Positions 36,770 through 46,639 of a DNA stretch of 64,000 nucleotides are shown here, one piece after another; the stretch's first letter is position 1, and each line of letters starts with the position of its first letter. Under the pieces are notes generated by a model. The model searched no databases, had not been told where the DNA came from, and worked only from the letters and a program-made list of their open reading frames with translations. The DNA lies in contig JAVJTD010000477.1 of assembly GCA_040219065.1 (NCBI GenBank), positions 1,520 to 65,519 on the forward strand. The letters run 5' to 3'. The stretch comes from Planctomycetota bacterium. Lineage in GTDB: Bacteria; Planctomycetota; OFTM77. The position numbers and the translations under genes were made by a program.

Positions 36770-37216
36770 ATGAAGCGACACACTGCCTTGTTGCCTTTGT
36801 CACGCGAGCACCATCATGCGCTCGTCCTGTCTCGCCAGCTCCGCCAGGCCGAAGACGCCGAGCAACGGGCTGCGGCGCAAGACCGCCTCACCAGTCAGTG
36901 GCGCGAGCTGATCGTCCCGCACTTCGCCGACGAGGAGCGATGGATCCTGCCCCTACTCACCGGCGAGGAAGCCGGCCGGCTCCAAAGTGAGCACGACGCA
37001 ATGCGTGAGCTCGCCGCGTCGATCGTGACTTCGACCAACACGCCACTCGCCCAAGACCTACACCGCCTCGGATCGCTCCTCCACGATCACATTCGCTGGG
37101 AAGAGCGCGAGCTCTTCGAAGCGATGCAGGATCGCGACGATCGGAGCGCCCTCGATGAGCTGCTCGAGCCCCTGATGATGATCGAGGAGCAGCGCGGTCC
37201 CGCCTGCAAGACCTGA
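36770..37216 (+). CDS. Hemerythrin HHE cation-binding domain protein, 148 aa
   Basis: ATG 36770 with GGGAGGG upstream. HHHALVL...HFADEERWILPLL...LHDHIRWEERELFEAMQ. Confidence 0.75.
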   Translation: MKRHTALLPLSREHHHALVLSRQLRQAEDAEQRAAAQDRLTSQWRELIVPHFADEERWILPLLTGEEAGRLQSEHDAMRELAASIVTSTNTPLAQDLHRLGSLLHDHIRWEERELFEAMQDRDDRSALDELLEPLMMIEEQRGPACKT

Positions 37217-37262
37217 GTGATCGGGAGCCTGCGCGTCACGACGTTGAGTGGTTCGCGAGCGC

Positions 37263-38897
37263 TCAGTGCTCCGAGGCGTGGCCGAGCGCCCGTGCGGCGT
37301 CTCGGGCTGCCTGTGCCGCTTCCTCGTGGCCTCGCGCCGCCTCGACATCGGCCAGTGCCCACCACGCCTGCGCATGCTGGGGATTGCGTTGGATGACCCG
37401 CGTGAAGGCGGCCGCCGCGCGCGTCAGTGCCGAGGGGTCTTGCTGAGCGCGAGCCAGCTCGAGGCGCCCGCGGTTCAGGTCGATCCCGAGCTCGTCGGGT
37501 GCGACTCGCTCGAGGCGATCGAGCACCGTGCCCGCGACCGTGAACTTGCGTTGGGCGATGAGGCGTTGCACATCGGCCAAGCCCTGCAGGATCGGCATCC
37601 GATCGCGCGGATGAGGCAGAGGACCGCTCGATGCCGCGCGTGCGCCGCCCGTATAGCCGAGGCGCTCGAGCTGACGAGCGACTTCGGGATCGAGCGCCGA
37701 GCTCGCTGGGATGGCAGTGCCTGTGGTTTCGCTCTTCAGTCGCTCGAGGAGCCGGGCCGCAATCGAATCGGGCGGCTCGGCCATGGCACGTAGCTCCTCA
37801 GGATCCGACGAGAGATCGAAGATCTCGGGCGCCTGGTCGGAAGAGCTCGCCCAGACGATCTTGTCGGTCCCGTGCACCAGCCCGTGCATCTCGCTCCAGC
37901 CGCGACGCAGCCTCGGGAACCATGTCTCGAGCCGCGCGGTGCGGGGTGGCGCGTTCGGATGTTCCCACAAAGGACGCGCCGACTCGCCCTCGGCTCCCGG
38001 AAGCGGCCGCAGCCCGAGCAGGTCGACGAGCGTCGGCGCCACATCGACGGTGCGCACGAGCTCGTCGACCGTCTGTCCTTCCGGAACGCCGGGACCGGCG
38101 ATCAACCAGGGCACGTGAACCGTCGCTTCGTGCAGAAGGAAGGCATGAGTCTCCTCACCATGCTCGCCCAGCCCTTCGCCGTGATCGGCGACGACGCTCA
38201 CCAAGACATCGTCTGCCTTCACCCTGTCCAGGAACTGCCCGAGCGCGTGATCGAGGTAGGCGATCTCCCCCTGGTAGGCGTCATTCCGAAAGGAGGTCGC
38301 GAACGGCTCGGGGGGCGCGTAGGGGCTGTGCGGGTCGAAGAGGTGGATCCAGGCGAATGCGGGCTTGCCCGGCGTGCGCTCTTCCCACCAGTCGGCGGCG
38401 AGGGCGAGGACATCGGTGGCGCTCCGCTCCGAGTATGCTTCGCCCGTCGACGTCGCGCGCTTGGGCAGATCGTCGTCGTAGTGAGCGAAGCCGCGATCGA
38501 GTGAGAACTCGGAACGCAGGGGATAGGCCGCGATGAAGGCGGCGGTCTCATAACCTTGGCGTCCGAGATGAGTGGCCAGCGTCGTCGCGCGATCGGAGAG
38601 ACCGCTCTGGCCGTTGTCCCGAAGCCCGTGAGTGTTCGGCCAAGTGCCGGTGAGGATCGACGCATGAGCGGGCAGGGTGATCGGTGCAGCGGTGTAGGCG
38701 CGGGCGAAGCGGACGCCACGGGCCGCGAGCTCATCGAGATGAGGCGTCATGGCGCGGATGCGACCGTAGCAGCCGAGGCGATCGGCGCGAGTCGTGTCGA
38801 GGGTGATGAGGACCAGGGAGGTGGGAGCGGGCTCGGCCCGGTCACCGCAACCGGCGACCAGACCGAGCACGAGGATTCCAAAGGCGATTCGAAGCAC
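37263..38897 (-). CDS. Sulfatase-family (alkaline-phosphatase superfamily) lipoprotein with C-terminal TPR repeats, 544 aa. The formylglycine C-x-P-x-R motif is replaced by T-x-P-x-H
   Basis: GTG start. Lipobox LVAGC. LITLDTTRADRLGCYG...TPHLDELAARG...AAPITLPAHASILTG (Thr in place of the FGly Cys, His in place of Arg). TPR-like C-terminus (...AQAWWALADVEAARGHEEAAQAARDA...). Confidence 0.8.
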   Translation of the reverse strand: MLRIAFGILVLGLVAGCGDRAEPAPTSLVLITLDTTRADRLGCYGRIRAMTPHLDELAARGVRFARAYTAAPITLPAHASILTGTWPNTHGLRDNGQSGLSDRATTLATHLGRQGYETAAFIAAYPLRSEFSLDRGFAHYDDDLPKRATSTGEAYSERSATDVLALAADWWEERTPGKPAFAWIHLFDPHSPYAPPEPFATSFRNDAYQGEIAYLDHALGQFLDRVKADDVLVSVVADHGEGLGEHGEETHAFLLHEATVHVPWLIAGPGVPEGQTVDELVRTVDVAPTLVDLLGLRPLPGAEGESARPLWEHPNAPPRTARLETWFPRLRRGWSEMHGLVHGTDKIVWASSSDQAPEIFDLSSDPEELRAMAEPPDSIAARLLERLKSETTGTAIPASSALDPEVARQLERLGYTGGARAASSGPLPHPRDRMPILQGLADVQRLIAQRKFTVAGTVLDRLERVAPDELGIDLNRGRLELARAQQDPSALTRAAAAFTRVIQRNPQHAQAWWALADVEAARGHEEAAQAARDAARALGHASEH

Positions 38898-38905
38898 CGG
38901 GCGGC

Positions 38906-40282
38906 TCAGAGGAACTGAAGAGCAGCCGGGGTCGAAAGGCGAGCCGACGTCACGTCGATGCCCTGGAAGACCAGGTTCTGACCGACGAGGCCCGGGATGT
39001 TGATGACCGTGCTCACGCTGGCTTGGCCGGCGCTGTCGGCGGGGACGTTGAAGAGCACCTGGAAGGTGATCAAGTTACCGAAGAGCTCGCCGAAGGGCGC
39101 GATGAACTGGGAGGGCAACGCACCGCCTGTGGTCGTCGGGCCGAGGTTGACGGTGACGGCGATCGTGCCGTTCGGCGTCGCACCCGAGTACTGGAGCTGA
39201 TGCCACGACGGCATCGAGGTGATCAGGTTGCGGGGGTAGTTCTCGACGACGAACGGGGCGTCCTGCGTCGGGATGAGCGCCAGGCCGTTGATGCCGCCGA
39301 GGCCGGTGCTGTCCGGCAGCATGCCGATGTGCGTGCCGGGTGTCGCGATGGTGCTGCCCATCGGAATGCCGTTGATCGTCGCGATCGTGCCGCCGCCGGC
39401 CGTGCTCAAGATGGCGCCGTCGTTCGAGAATCCCTCCCAGCCGAAGAGCATGTTCTGAAGGTCGGTTCCGGGGAACTGTGGCGCGGCCCAGGTGCCGCCG
39501 GCCGGATCGATCTCGAGCGCCGAGAGGTCGCTGTAGCTCGGGCTGCCACCGACCGAGGTGACGACGCCGCTGTTGATGACCAGCGCATCCATGTCGGATT
39601 CGGTCGCGACGATCGCTGCCGTGTTCGTCAAGATCGAGCTGACGTTGCCTTGAGCGTCGTAGGTGATCGCGACGGCCGGGATGCAGATCAGGGCACCGTC
39701 ACCGGCGGTGACGCCACCGACCGACTCGTCGAGCGAGAAGGAGAGGTACAGCGCACCGTCAGCGGCCTGGCAGATCGCGTCGAGATCGACGTCGCTGCCC
39801 GGGGCCTGACCGATCGCGTTGACGATCTCGGCTTCGGTCAAGAAAACCTCGAGGGCGCCGTTCGGGCCGGCGAACCGGAAGACGTCGCTGTCGAGAAAGC
39901 CGGGGCCGTAGCCGTCTTCGGTCTCGCGGCTCATGAAGACGTCGCGCGGCGTGACAGGACCGACATGGTTCGCCTTGACGAACAGCGCATCGACTTCGTC
40001 ACCGGGACCGTCGACCGAGTCGTCGGCATAGCGGCCGTCCGAGTCGGCGTCTCCGAGATACGCCCACTGGGCGCCGAGAGGGAGGAAGGGCTCTGCCGAG
40101 TAGAATCCGACGCCCGGAGTCACGACACCGATCTCGTCCTGATGGAGCTCACCGATCTCGAAGAGACCGTTGCCGTTATCGAGAGTGAGCTCGTCCTCGT
40201 CGAACGAGAAAAGGATCGTGTTCTGGGCCGTCGCCGATCCGGCGAGAGCGATAGCCGCTAGCAAGGTTGCGAGCGAGCGCAT
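38906..40282 (-). CDS. Hypothetical secreted protein, 458 aa
   Basis: ATG verified at 40280..40282 with AGGAGG 7 nt upstream. Signal peptide MRSLATLLAAIALAGSATA. G/D/T-rich beta-type sequence. Confidence 0.6.
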   Translation of the reverse strand: MRSLATLLAAIALAGSATAQNTILFSFDEDELTLDNGNGLFEIGELHQDEIGVVTPGVGFYSAEPFLPLGAQWAYLGDADSDGRYADDSVDGPGDEVDALFVKANHVGPVTPRDVFMSRETEDGYGPGFLDSDVFRFAGPNGALEVFLTEAEIVNAIGQAPGSDVDLDAICQAADGALYLSFSLDESVGGVTAGDGALICIPAVAITYDAQGNVSSILTNTAAIVATESDMDALVINSGVVTSVGGSPSYSDLSALEIDPAGGTWAAPQFPGTDLQNMLFGWEGFSNDGAILSTAGGGTIATINGIPMGSTIATPGTHIGMLPDSTGLGGINGLALIPTQDAPFVVENYPRNLITSMPSWHQLQYSGATPNGTIAVTVNLGPTTTGGALPSQFIAPFGELFGNLITFQVLFNVPADSAGQASVSTVINIPGLVGQNLVFQGIDVTSARLSTPAALQFL

Positions 40283-40450
40283 GAGGGAGCCTCCTGGGTT
40301 GGGGTCAGGCCAGGTCGAAATGACAGTATACCGACCCCACCCTGAAGATGCCGCAACGTCGGGAAGGGCCGGCCGGTGCGGGCAAAGCGCGGGAAGCCCA
40401 CTCGCCGGTAGATGGCCGTGTCCGTCAGAAAGTTCGTACGGGATGATCGG

Positions 40451-40549
40451 AACCAGAGCCCGCGCGACCGAAACGGGAAGAGGCCATCGAGCTGGATGCG
40501 GCTTCCTCGAAGGAGCCATCGATCGAGCAGAGGAGCGCCGAGCAAGGGG
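40451..40549 (+). repeat. Copy B (99 nt) of the dispersed intergenic element
   Basis: aaccagagcccgcgcgaccgaaacgg...gcgccgagcaagggg. The middle contains the imperfect palindrome ggcttcctcgaaggagcc. Lies between two minus-strand genes. Confidence 0.6.
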
Positions 40550-40703
40550 CCAATCCGAGGATGGGCGGCGCAGGGACTTCGAAGTTCAAAGTTGGACGTC
40601 GAGCCGTTGGACGTTCCAAGAGGCCCAAGCTCGCTCGTGCGAGCTCTCATCGACTGATTCTGTTCCTGACTCGCTCGACTTGGGCACTCCATCGAGCCCG
40701 CCT

Positions 40704-41816
40704 TCAATCCTCTGGCTGCACCGCGCTGCGTGCGGCGCGCATCGTCTCTCGGAAGTCTTCGCGGTCTTCCTTCGAGACGACGTCGATCAAGTGATCGAGC
40801 GCTTCCTTCGTCGCGGCGTACACCGCGTCGCGGTGGGGATTGAGGTGCTGGATGTCGAGGTAGAGGTCGGGGTCTTCGGAGAGCACCGACAGCGCCGTGC
40901 CCGCCTGGCGAGAGAAGGTCGTCGAGGCACAGGCGCTCAGCTCGCGTGGGTCGAGGCCCGAGCGGGTGAGTGCCGCGCCGAACAGCATGCCGTTGAGGTG
41001 GGCCAGGCCGAGCAGCCAGCCCATCAGGCGATCGTGGTGCGCGAAGGGCACGGCGAGGAAGCGCGAGTAAGGGTGGCGCAGGAGGGCCTCGAGCGCGGCG
41101 CGCTCTTCTTCGGGCTCGTTCTGACTCGCGACGACGAAGGTGAGCGGCTCGTAGTGCGACTTGCCTGGGCCGAACATCGGGTGCAGGCAACGGACGGTGA
41201 CGCCGCTATTGCGCGCGAGCTCGAGCGCGGGACGCAAGTGATCCTTGATCGAGGCGACCTCGATGACGGGACCCTTGGGGCGGCGCTCGACGACACGCGT
41301 GAGCACGTCCGGCGTTTGCCGCAGGGGCACCGCGACGACGATCGCGTCGAACCGATTGATCTCCTCCACGTCGGCGAGCGAGGCGTATTGATCGGGCGCT
41401 GCCGGCAGGTTGCGCAATGCGGGATCGACGATGTGGACCTGGTGACCGATCAATTCGAGGAAGTGGCGGATCCAGCTTCCCATACCACCCGCGCCACCCA
41501 AAACGAGCACCTGACCGCCGCTGCCCGCTCGCCGCTCGATGCCGATCCGATACTGTCGCTCGACCGAGCCGCGGATGATCGCCTGGAAGATCTCGGCCAT
41601 CACCGACTCGGAGACGCCGCAGTCCTCGGCCCGATCGCGCGCCTTCGAGAGAACGCGGTCCTCCACATCGCGCACGACGACCGGTAGGCTCTGCTCGGCC
41701 TTGTGGCGACCGATGTGCGCCGCGACCTCGAACCGTCGCCGAATCAATTCGAGCAAGGCCCGATCGATCTCGGCGATCTCGTCCCGATGCTCAGACAGGT
41801 CCTGTGATCGCGCCAC
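40704..41816 (-). CDS. tyrA: Bifunctional chorismate mutase / prephenate dehydrogenase (T-protein-like), 370 aa
   Basis: N-terminal AroQ chorismate mutase (IDRALLELIRRRFEVAAHIGRHK...), then NAD-binding VLVLGGAGGMGSWI. GTG start with GGAGGG 6 nt upstream. Confidence 0.85.
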   Translation of the reverse strand: MARSQDLSEHRDEIAEIDRALLELIRRRFEVAAHIGRHKAEQSLPVVVRDVEDRVLSKARDRAEDCGVSESVMAEIFQAIIRGSVERQYRIGIERRAGSGGQVLVLGGAGGMGSWIRHFLELIGHQVHIVDPALRNLPAAPDQYASLADVEEINRFDAIVVAVPLRQTPDVLTRVVERRPKGPVIEVASIKDHLRPALELARNSGVTVRCLHPMFGPGKSHYEPLTFVVASQNEPEEERAALEALLRHPYSRFLAVPFAHHDRLMGWLLGLAHLNGMLFGAALTRSGLDPRELSACASTTFSRQAGTALSVLSEDPDLYLDIQHLNPHRDAVYAATKEALDHLIDVVSKEDREDFRETMRAARSAVQPED

Positions 41817-41937
41817 GCTCGTCCCTCCGAATGCTCCGCCTGCGCTCAGTCGAATCCGCTGCCGGGATCATCGCTCGGTCGAGGGGCCCAGGTACAGCCC
41901 CGAAGGCAAGAATCCGGCGGAGTCACCGTTCGGGTGA

Positions 41938-41970
41938 GCGGTCTGTTCCCGGCACGGATGTCCCACATTG
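41938..41970 (-). repeat. Solitary inverted copy of the 33-bp repeat unit (core TCTGTTCCCGGCACgGATGTCCCAC, 24/25 identical to the reverse complement of the 2359..2497 unit), 14 nt after the metalloprotease stop
   Basis: Direct comparison with the reverse-complemented tandem unit. Confidence 0.65.
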
Positions 41971-41983
41971 GTTCGAGAGGCCT

Positions 41984-44461
41984 TTAGCCCTTCGAGAGCC
42001 AGCCGATGTCACAGCAAAGCCGGCCCGGCTCCCAGGTGCCGATCGGACTTCCCGGTGGCGCCGGTAGGACCCTCGGCCTCGCCGGCTCGGGCGACAGCAT
42101 GCGCTCCCGGTAGCGCACCAGGTCGGACAGCGTCGAATACGGAAGATGTCCCGGGACGGTCGTGACCAGATACTCGAGAGTGTCATCCACCTCGGAGCGA
42201 GTGGCGACGGTCGCGCGAGGGTCTTCGCGAAGCGCGATGAGCTCGCGAACCAGGAGGTCGACGGTCGCCACTCGGATCGCGGCGAGTCGAGCCGAGCCTT
42301 CGGCGGATGGGCGAGTCACGCGCTCGACGGCCTGCTCGAGCAGCCACTTCAAACCCGGCTGCTTCGGATCGCGTCGTGCATGATCGACCAACCTCGCGCA
42401 ACGCTCGGGATGCAATAACCCGCTGAGCGTCATCTCGGCGGCCGTCGTCGCGGCGCTCAGTGCATCGAAGGTCAGCCCGGTCTGCGAGTCGAAGAGCTCA
42501 CGGTTGCCGCCAAATCCCGGTGGCCTCGGCAGCAGCAGCTCCACGACGCTCTCGGGGATGTCCAGGAACTTCGGATCGAGCGTCTGCAGCACGACCTCGA
42601 GCGCCTTCTTCTGCCGTTCCGGCGAGACCATCCGCGTGGCCCGCGCGCCTTCGCCGCGGATACCGTAGTCGTACTCGACGCCGCCGATCGTCTTGATCGC
42701 GGCCTCGAGCTGGTAGCGGTGATGAAGGTATACCGGAACCAGAACCTCGTGCAGCTTCGCCATCGGCTCGCCGGACATCAGGCGATCCCGCCCGAACTGC
42801 TCGAGGGCGATGCGCCGCACCGCGATGGTCGTCTGCAGGCCAGCGACGGGATCTTCGCCGTTGTCCCACAGATTCGCCAAGGGATGCGCCGCGCCGGCTG
42901 GCCGCGCATCGGAGTCACTCAGGTACAGCAGTCCGGCCCGGTCGGCCTCTCGCACCAGCGCTGCGAGCTCTTCGCCCTCACTGGCACCTGGGGCGATTTG
43001 TCCGTAGAGCCAGCGAATGGTGAAGCGGTCCCAGGCGCCGATTCCGACGCCGTAAGCGTTCGAGGTGTCGAGGCTCTCGTTGCCGTCCACGGTGACGAGC
43101 GGGGCCGGGTAGTCCATCACCGACGCGCGACCGCCGTAAGTGCTCGCCGCAAAGTTGTGGGCTAGCCCGAGCGTGTGGCCGACCTCGTGGGCGGAGAGCT
43201 GACGCAGACGGGCCAGGGCGAGCTCGATCGGATCCCCTTCGGCGCTGGAGCCGGTTCGCGACGTCCCGAGCAGGCCTTCGAAGAGCAGGCGGTCCTGGCG
43301 AACACGCAGCGAGCCGAGGGTCACGTGGCCTTTGATCATCTCACTGGTGCGCGGATCGGTGATGCCGCCGCCGTAGGACCAGCCGCGGGTCGAACGGTGC
43401 ACCCATTGGATGACGTTGTACCGCACGTCGAGGGGGTGGGCGCCTTCGGGCATCAGCTCGACGCGGAAGCCGCCCTTGAAGCCAGCCGCCTCGAATGCCT
43501 CGGCCCACCAGCTCGCGCCTTCGATCAAGGCCGAGCGAATCGGCTCGGGCGCGCCGCGATCGACGTAGTAGACGATCGGTTCCTTCGGCGCGGACTTCTC
43601 GGCGTTGGGGTCCTGCTTCTCCAGCCGGTGACGCACGGCGTAGCGGACGTCCAGTGACTCGGACAATGGCGCTGCGTAGTCGGTGAAGCCGACCGAGAAG
43701 GCGCCCGAGCGGGGATCGAAGTGTCTCGGCCGATAGCGCGCGTCGGGTAACCGAATGAGGGAATGATGCTGGATCAGCGTGAAGGCGGCTGTGTCGGGGG
43801 CCGTGCTCCGGAGGTTCCGGCCGGCGCCACTGCCGCTGAAGGTGAGGATCGCCTCGAGCTCTAGATTGTCGGGGAAGGCGAAGCACTGTGAGGCGTCGAG
43901 CGCGCTGCGCTGCTTGTCGAGGCTGTAGCTGCCCTCGCCTTGGCGCCTGAGGCTGTCGGCCACACCGTGGGCATCGGCGACGATCAAAGAGGTGATGTCG
44001 ACGCACACTTCGCCCGTCTCGAGGCGATCCTTCACCTCGCCGCCCCAGAGCACCGACGTCGCGAACGACTGGTCGGTGGCGCGGGCCTCGTCGGGATCCT
44101 GGGTCAAGGCGCGATACTGGAGGTTGGGCTCCTCCAAGAGGACCTTCTTGCCGATGACGCGAAACCGCACGACACGGGTGGGGCCGAGCTGACCGCGATC
44201 CAGGCCGATGTCGTTCGACCCGAGGCCGCGCGTGAGGCCTTCGACCCAGAGGACCTCGGCGCAGATTCCATCGGGACCCGGCGCCGGCAGCACCAGGGCC
44301 ACGCGGCCTTCATTCGGGTCCAGCAGCATCGGGAACAAACCCTCTCGCCGCTCCCAGCCCGCGAAGGGATCTTCGGCTCGGGTTTCGGTCTCTTCTTGCC
44401 GGCCGGTCTCGGCGGGATCGGGTTGGAGGAGGCAAACGGCGAGGAGGAATGGGGTCAGCAC
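41984..44461 (-). CDS. Secreted zinc-dependent metalloprotease (HEXXH), DUF5117/DUF4953-type, 825 aa
   Basis: HEVGHTLGLAHNFAAS zinc motif; signal-like N-terminus MLTPFLLAVCLLQPDPA. GTG start. Only 13 nt downstream of htpG. Confidence 0.8.
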   Translation of the reverse strand: MLTPFLLAVCLLQPDPAETGRQEETETRAEDPFAGWERREGLFPMLLDPNEGRVALVLPAPGPDGICAEVLWVEGLTRGLGSNDIGLDRGQLGPTRVVRFRVIGKKVLLEEPNLQYRALTQDPDEARATDQSFATSVLWGGEVKDRLETGEVCVDITSLIVADAHGVADSLRRQGEGSYSLDKQRSALDASQCFAFPDNLELEAILTFSGSGAGRNLRSTAPDTAAFTLIQHHSLIRLPDARYRPRHFDPRSGAFSVGFTDYAAPLSESLDVRYAVRHRLEKQDPNAEKSAPKEPIVYYVDRGAPEPIRSALIEGASWWAEAFEAAGFKGGFRVELMPEGAHPLDVRYNVIQWVHRSTRGWSYGGGITDPRTSEMIKGHVTLGSLRVRQDRLLFEGLLGTSRTGSSAEGDPIELALARLRQLSAHEVGHTLGLAHNFAASTYGGRASVMDYPAPLVTVDGNESLDTSNAYGVGIGAWDRFTIRWLYGQIAPGASEGEELAALVREADRAGLLYLSDSDARPAGAAHPLANLWDNGEDPVAGLQTTIAVRRIALEQFGRDRLMSGEPMAKLHEVLVPVYLHHRYQLEAAIKTIGGVEYDYGIRGEGARATRMVSPERQKKALEVVLQTLDPKFLDIPESVVELLLPRPPGFGGNRELFDSQTGLTFDALSAATTAAEMTLSGLLHPERCARLVDHARRDPKQPGLKWLLEQAVERVTRPSAEGSARLAAIRVATVDLLVRELIALREDPRATVATRSEVDDTLEYLVTTVPGHLPYSTLSDLVRYRERMLSPEPARPRVLPAPPGSPIGTWEPGRLCCDIGWLSKG

Positions 44462-44474
44462 GGCCTTCTCCGAA

Positions 44475-46394
44475 TCAGTCCTGGGGTGGGGCGGTGGCGC
44501 GAGCGAAGAGGTCCGACATCCTCTGCGCGAACTTCTCGGGGCTCTTGACGGGGCTCCCCTCGGTCAAGAGCGCTTCGTCGTGCAAGAGCTCGATCCAGTC
44601 GGAGATCTCGGGCGCCTCGGGCTTCTTCGAGAGCCAATGGACGAGATTCTGGATGATCGGGTGCTTCGGATTGACCTCGAGGATGCGCTTGGCAGCGGGT
44701 GCTTGGAAGGGCGAGTTCTTCATGAGGCGCTCGGTCGCGGCGTGGACACCGCCCTCCGGAATGACCAGGCACACGGGCGAGCCGACGAGGCGCTTCGAGG
44801 GGCGCACCTCCTGGACGTGATCCTGGAGCACGACCCGCATCTTGGTGAGCAGCCCGTCGATACCTTCCTCTTCCTTCTCCTCCTCTTCGTCCTTCTTCTC
44901 CCCCTCGTCGAGCGTCAGGTCCGCCTTCATCACCGAGACGATCGGCTTCTCCTGATACTCTTCGAGGCGATCGATGATGAAATGATCAATCGAGTCCGTG
45001 AGATAGAGGACCTCGTAGCCCTTCTGCTTCACCGCCTCGGTATGCGGGCTCGCCTTGGCCTGCTCGAGCGAGTCGGCGAGGAGGTAGTAGATGGCAGGCT
45101 GATCCGCGGGCATGCGCTCGAGGTAGTCGGCGAACGAGGTGAACGCGTCGCCCTGGGACGACACGAAGCGGAGCAGGTCCGAGAGGCGCTCCTTCTGCTC
45201 GGGATCGTAGTGGACGCCCTCCTTGAGGACGATGCCGAACTCCTTCCAGAACGCCTCGTATTCGTCGCCTTCGCTCTTCGCCAAGCTCTCGAGGAGGTCG
45301 AGGGTCTTCTTGATGATCTGCTTGCGGATCGTGCGGACGATGGTCGAGTCCTGCAGGATCTCTCGCGAGACGTTGAGCGGCAGATCTTCGGAGTCGATGA
45401 TGCCGCGCACGAACCGCAGCCACGGCGGCAGCAGCTCCTCGCAGTCGTCCATGATGAAGACGCGCTTCACGTACAGCCGAACACCTCGTCTCTGATCGGC
45501 GTGCATCATGTCGAACGGTGCGTGAGCGGGGATGAACAAGAGGCCCGTGAAGTTGACGCGCGCGCCCTCGACCTGGAAGTGGGTGTGGGCGAGCGGGTCT
45601 TCGAAGGCGTGGGTCAGGTGCTTGAAGAACTCGTGGTACTGAGCTTCTTCGATCTCCGACTTGGGCCGTTGCCAGAGCGCCTTGCCCTGGTTGATCGTCT
45701 CGAGGCGAGTCTCTTCATGAGCGTCGTCGCCCTCGCCTTCGGTGCGGGTGATCTGCAGTTTGATCGGGTACTGCACGTAGTCGGAGTATCGCTTGACCAG
45801 CTCGCGGAGCTTCCACTCCGAGGCATACTCCTTCATCTCGTCCTTGAGGTGGAGGAGGATCGTCGTTCCGACGGTGTCGCGCTCGGCGGGCTCGATCGTG
45901 AAGTCGGTCTTGGCGTCCGAGACCCAGCGCCAGGCGTCGGATTCCCCGGCGCGGCGCGTGACGACCTCGACGCTGTCCGCGACGAGGAACGCGCTGTAGA
46001 AGCCCACGCCGAACTGGCCGATCAGGGTCAGGTCCTTCTTCTCCCCGGCTTCTTTGAGCTTCTCGATCAGCTCCCGCGAGCCCGAGCGGGCGATCGTGCC
46101 CAGGTTCTGGATCAGCTCCTCACGGTGCATGCCGACGCCGCTGTCCTCGATTCGCAGCGTCTTGCCCTCGTCATCGGGGAAGACCCGGACCTCGAGCTGA
46201 TCGGGATCCTCGAGCAGTGCATGGTCGGTCAACGACTCGAAGCGCCTTTTGTCGAGCGCGTCGGAAGCATTCGAGAGCAGCTCCCGCAGGAAGACCTCGG
46301 GATTGCTGTAGAGCGAGTTGATGACCAGGCTGAGGACCTGATGGACCTCGGCCTGAAACGCGTGTTTCTCCGGGGCGTTCGCTTCGGGCGGCAT
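44475..46394 (-). CDS. htpG: Molecular chaperone HtpG (Hsp90), 639 aa
   Basis: YSNPEVFLRELLSNASDALDKRRF...RIEDSGVGM GHKL-ATPase motifs. ATG verified at 46392..46394. Upstream ORF-track extension is leader. Confidence 0.95.
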   Translation of the reverse strand: MPPEANAPEKHAFQAEVHQVLSLVINSLYSNPEVFLRELLSNASDALDKRRFESLTDHALLEDPDQLEVRVFPDDEGKTLRIEDSGVGMHREELIQNLGTIARSGSRELIEKLKEAGEKKDLTLIGQFGVGFYSAFLVADSVEVVTRRAGESDAWRWVSDAKTDFTIEPAERDTVGTTILLHLKDEMKEYASEWKLRELVKRYSDYVQYPIKLQITRTEGEGDDAHEETRLETINQGKALWQRPKSEIEEAQYHEFFKHLTHAFEDPLAHTHFQVEGARVNFTGLLFIPAHAPFDMMHADQRRGVRLYVKRVFIMDDCEELLPPWLRFVRGIIDSEDLPLNVSREILQDSTIVRTIRKQIIKKTLDLLESLAKSEGDEYEAFWKEFGIVLKEGVHYDPEQKERLSDLLRFVSSQGDAFTSFADYLERMPADQPAIYYLLADSLEQAKASPHTEAVKQKGYEVLYLTDSIDHFIIDRLEEYQEKPIVSVMKADLTLDEGEKKDEEEEKEEEGIDGLLTKMRVVLQDHVQEVRPSKRLVGSPVCLVIPEGGVHAATERLMKNSPFQAPAAKRILEVNPKHPIIQNLVHWLSKKPEAPEISDWIELLHDEALLTEGSPVKSPEKFAQRMSDLFARATAPPQD

Positions 46395-46639
46395 GTCGAT
46401 CGTTCCTCTCTTGGACGCAAGGCACTGGAGTCTCAGGGCCGGCGGGAAAGCTGGGGATTTTACGACGTGCGAGGGAGGAGGGTCAACGCGGGAGGGCGAG
46501 CCGGCATCGGTGCCCCTGAAAAGAAATCGAGCGGCCATGACTGAGTGGGCGCACCGATTCCGCGGAGATGGGCGTGCGGCACTCTCCCCGCGTCCGAGTG
46601 ACCGTCTTCGCTGATCAAACCTCGGAGGATCTCCCGATC

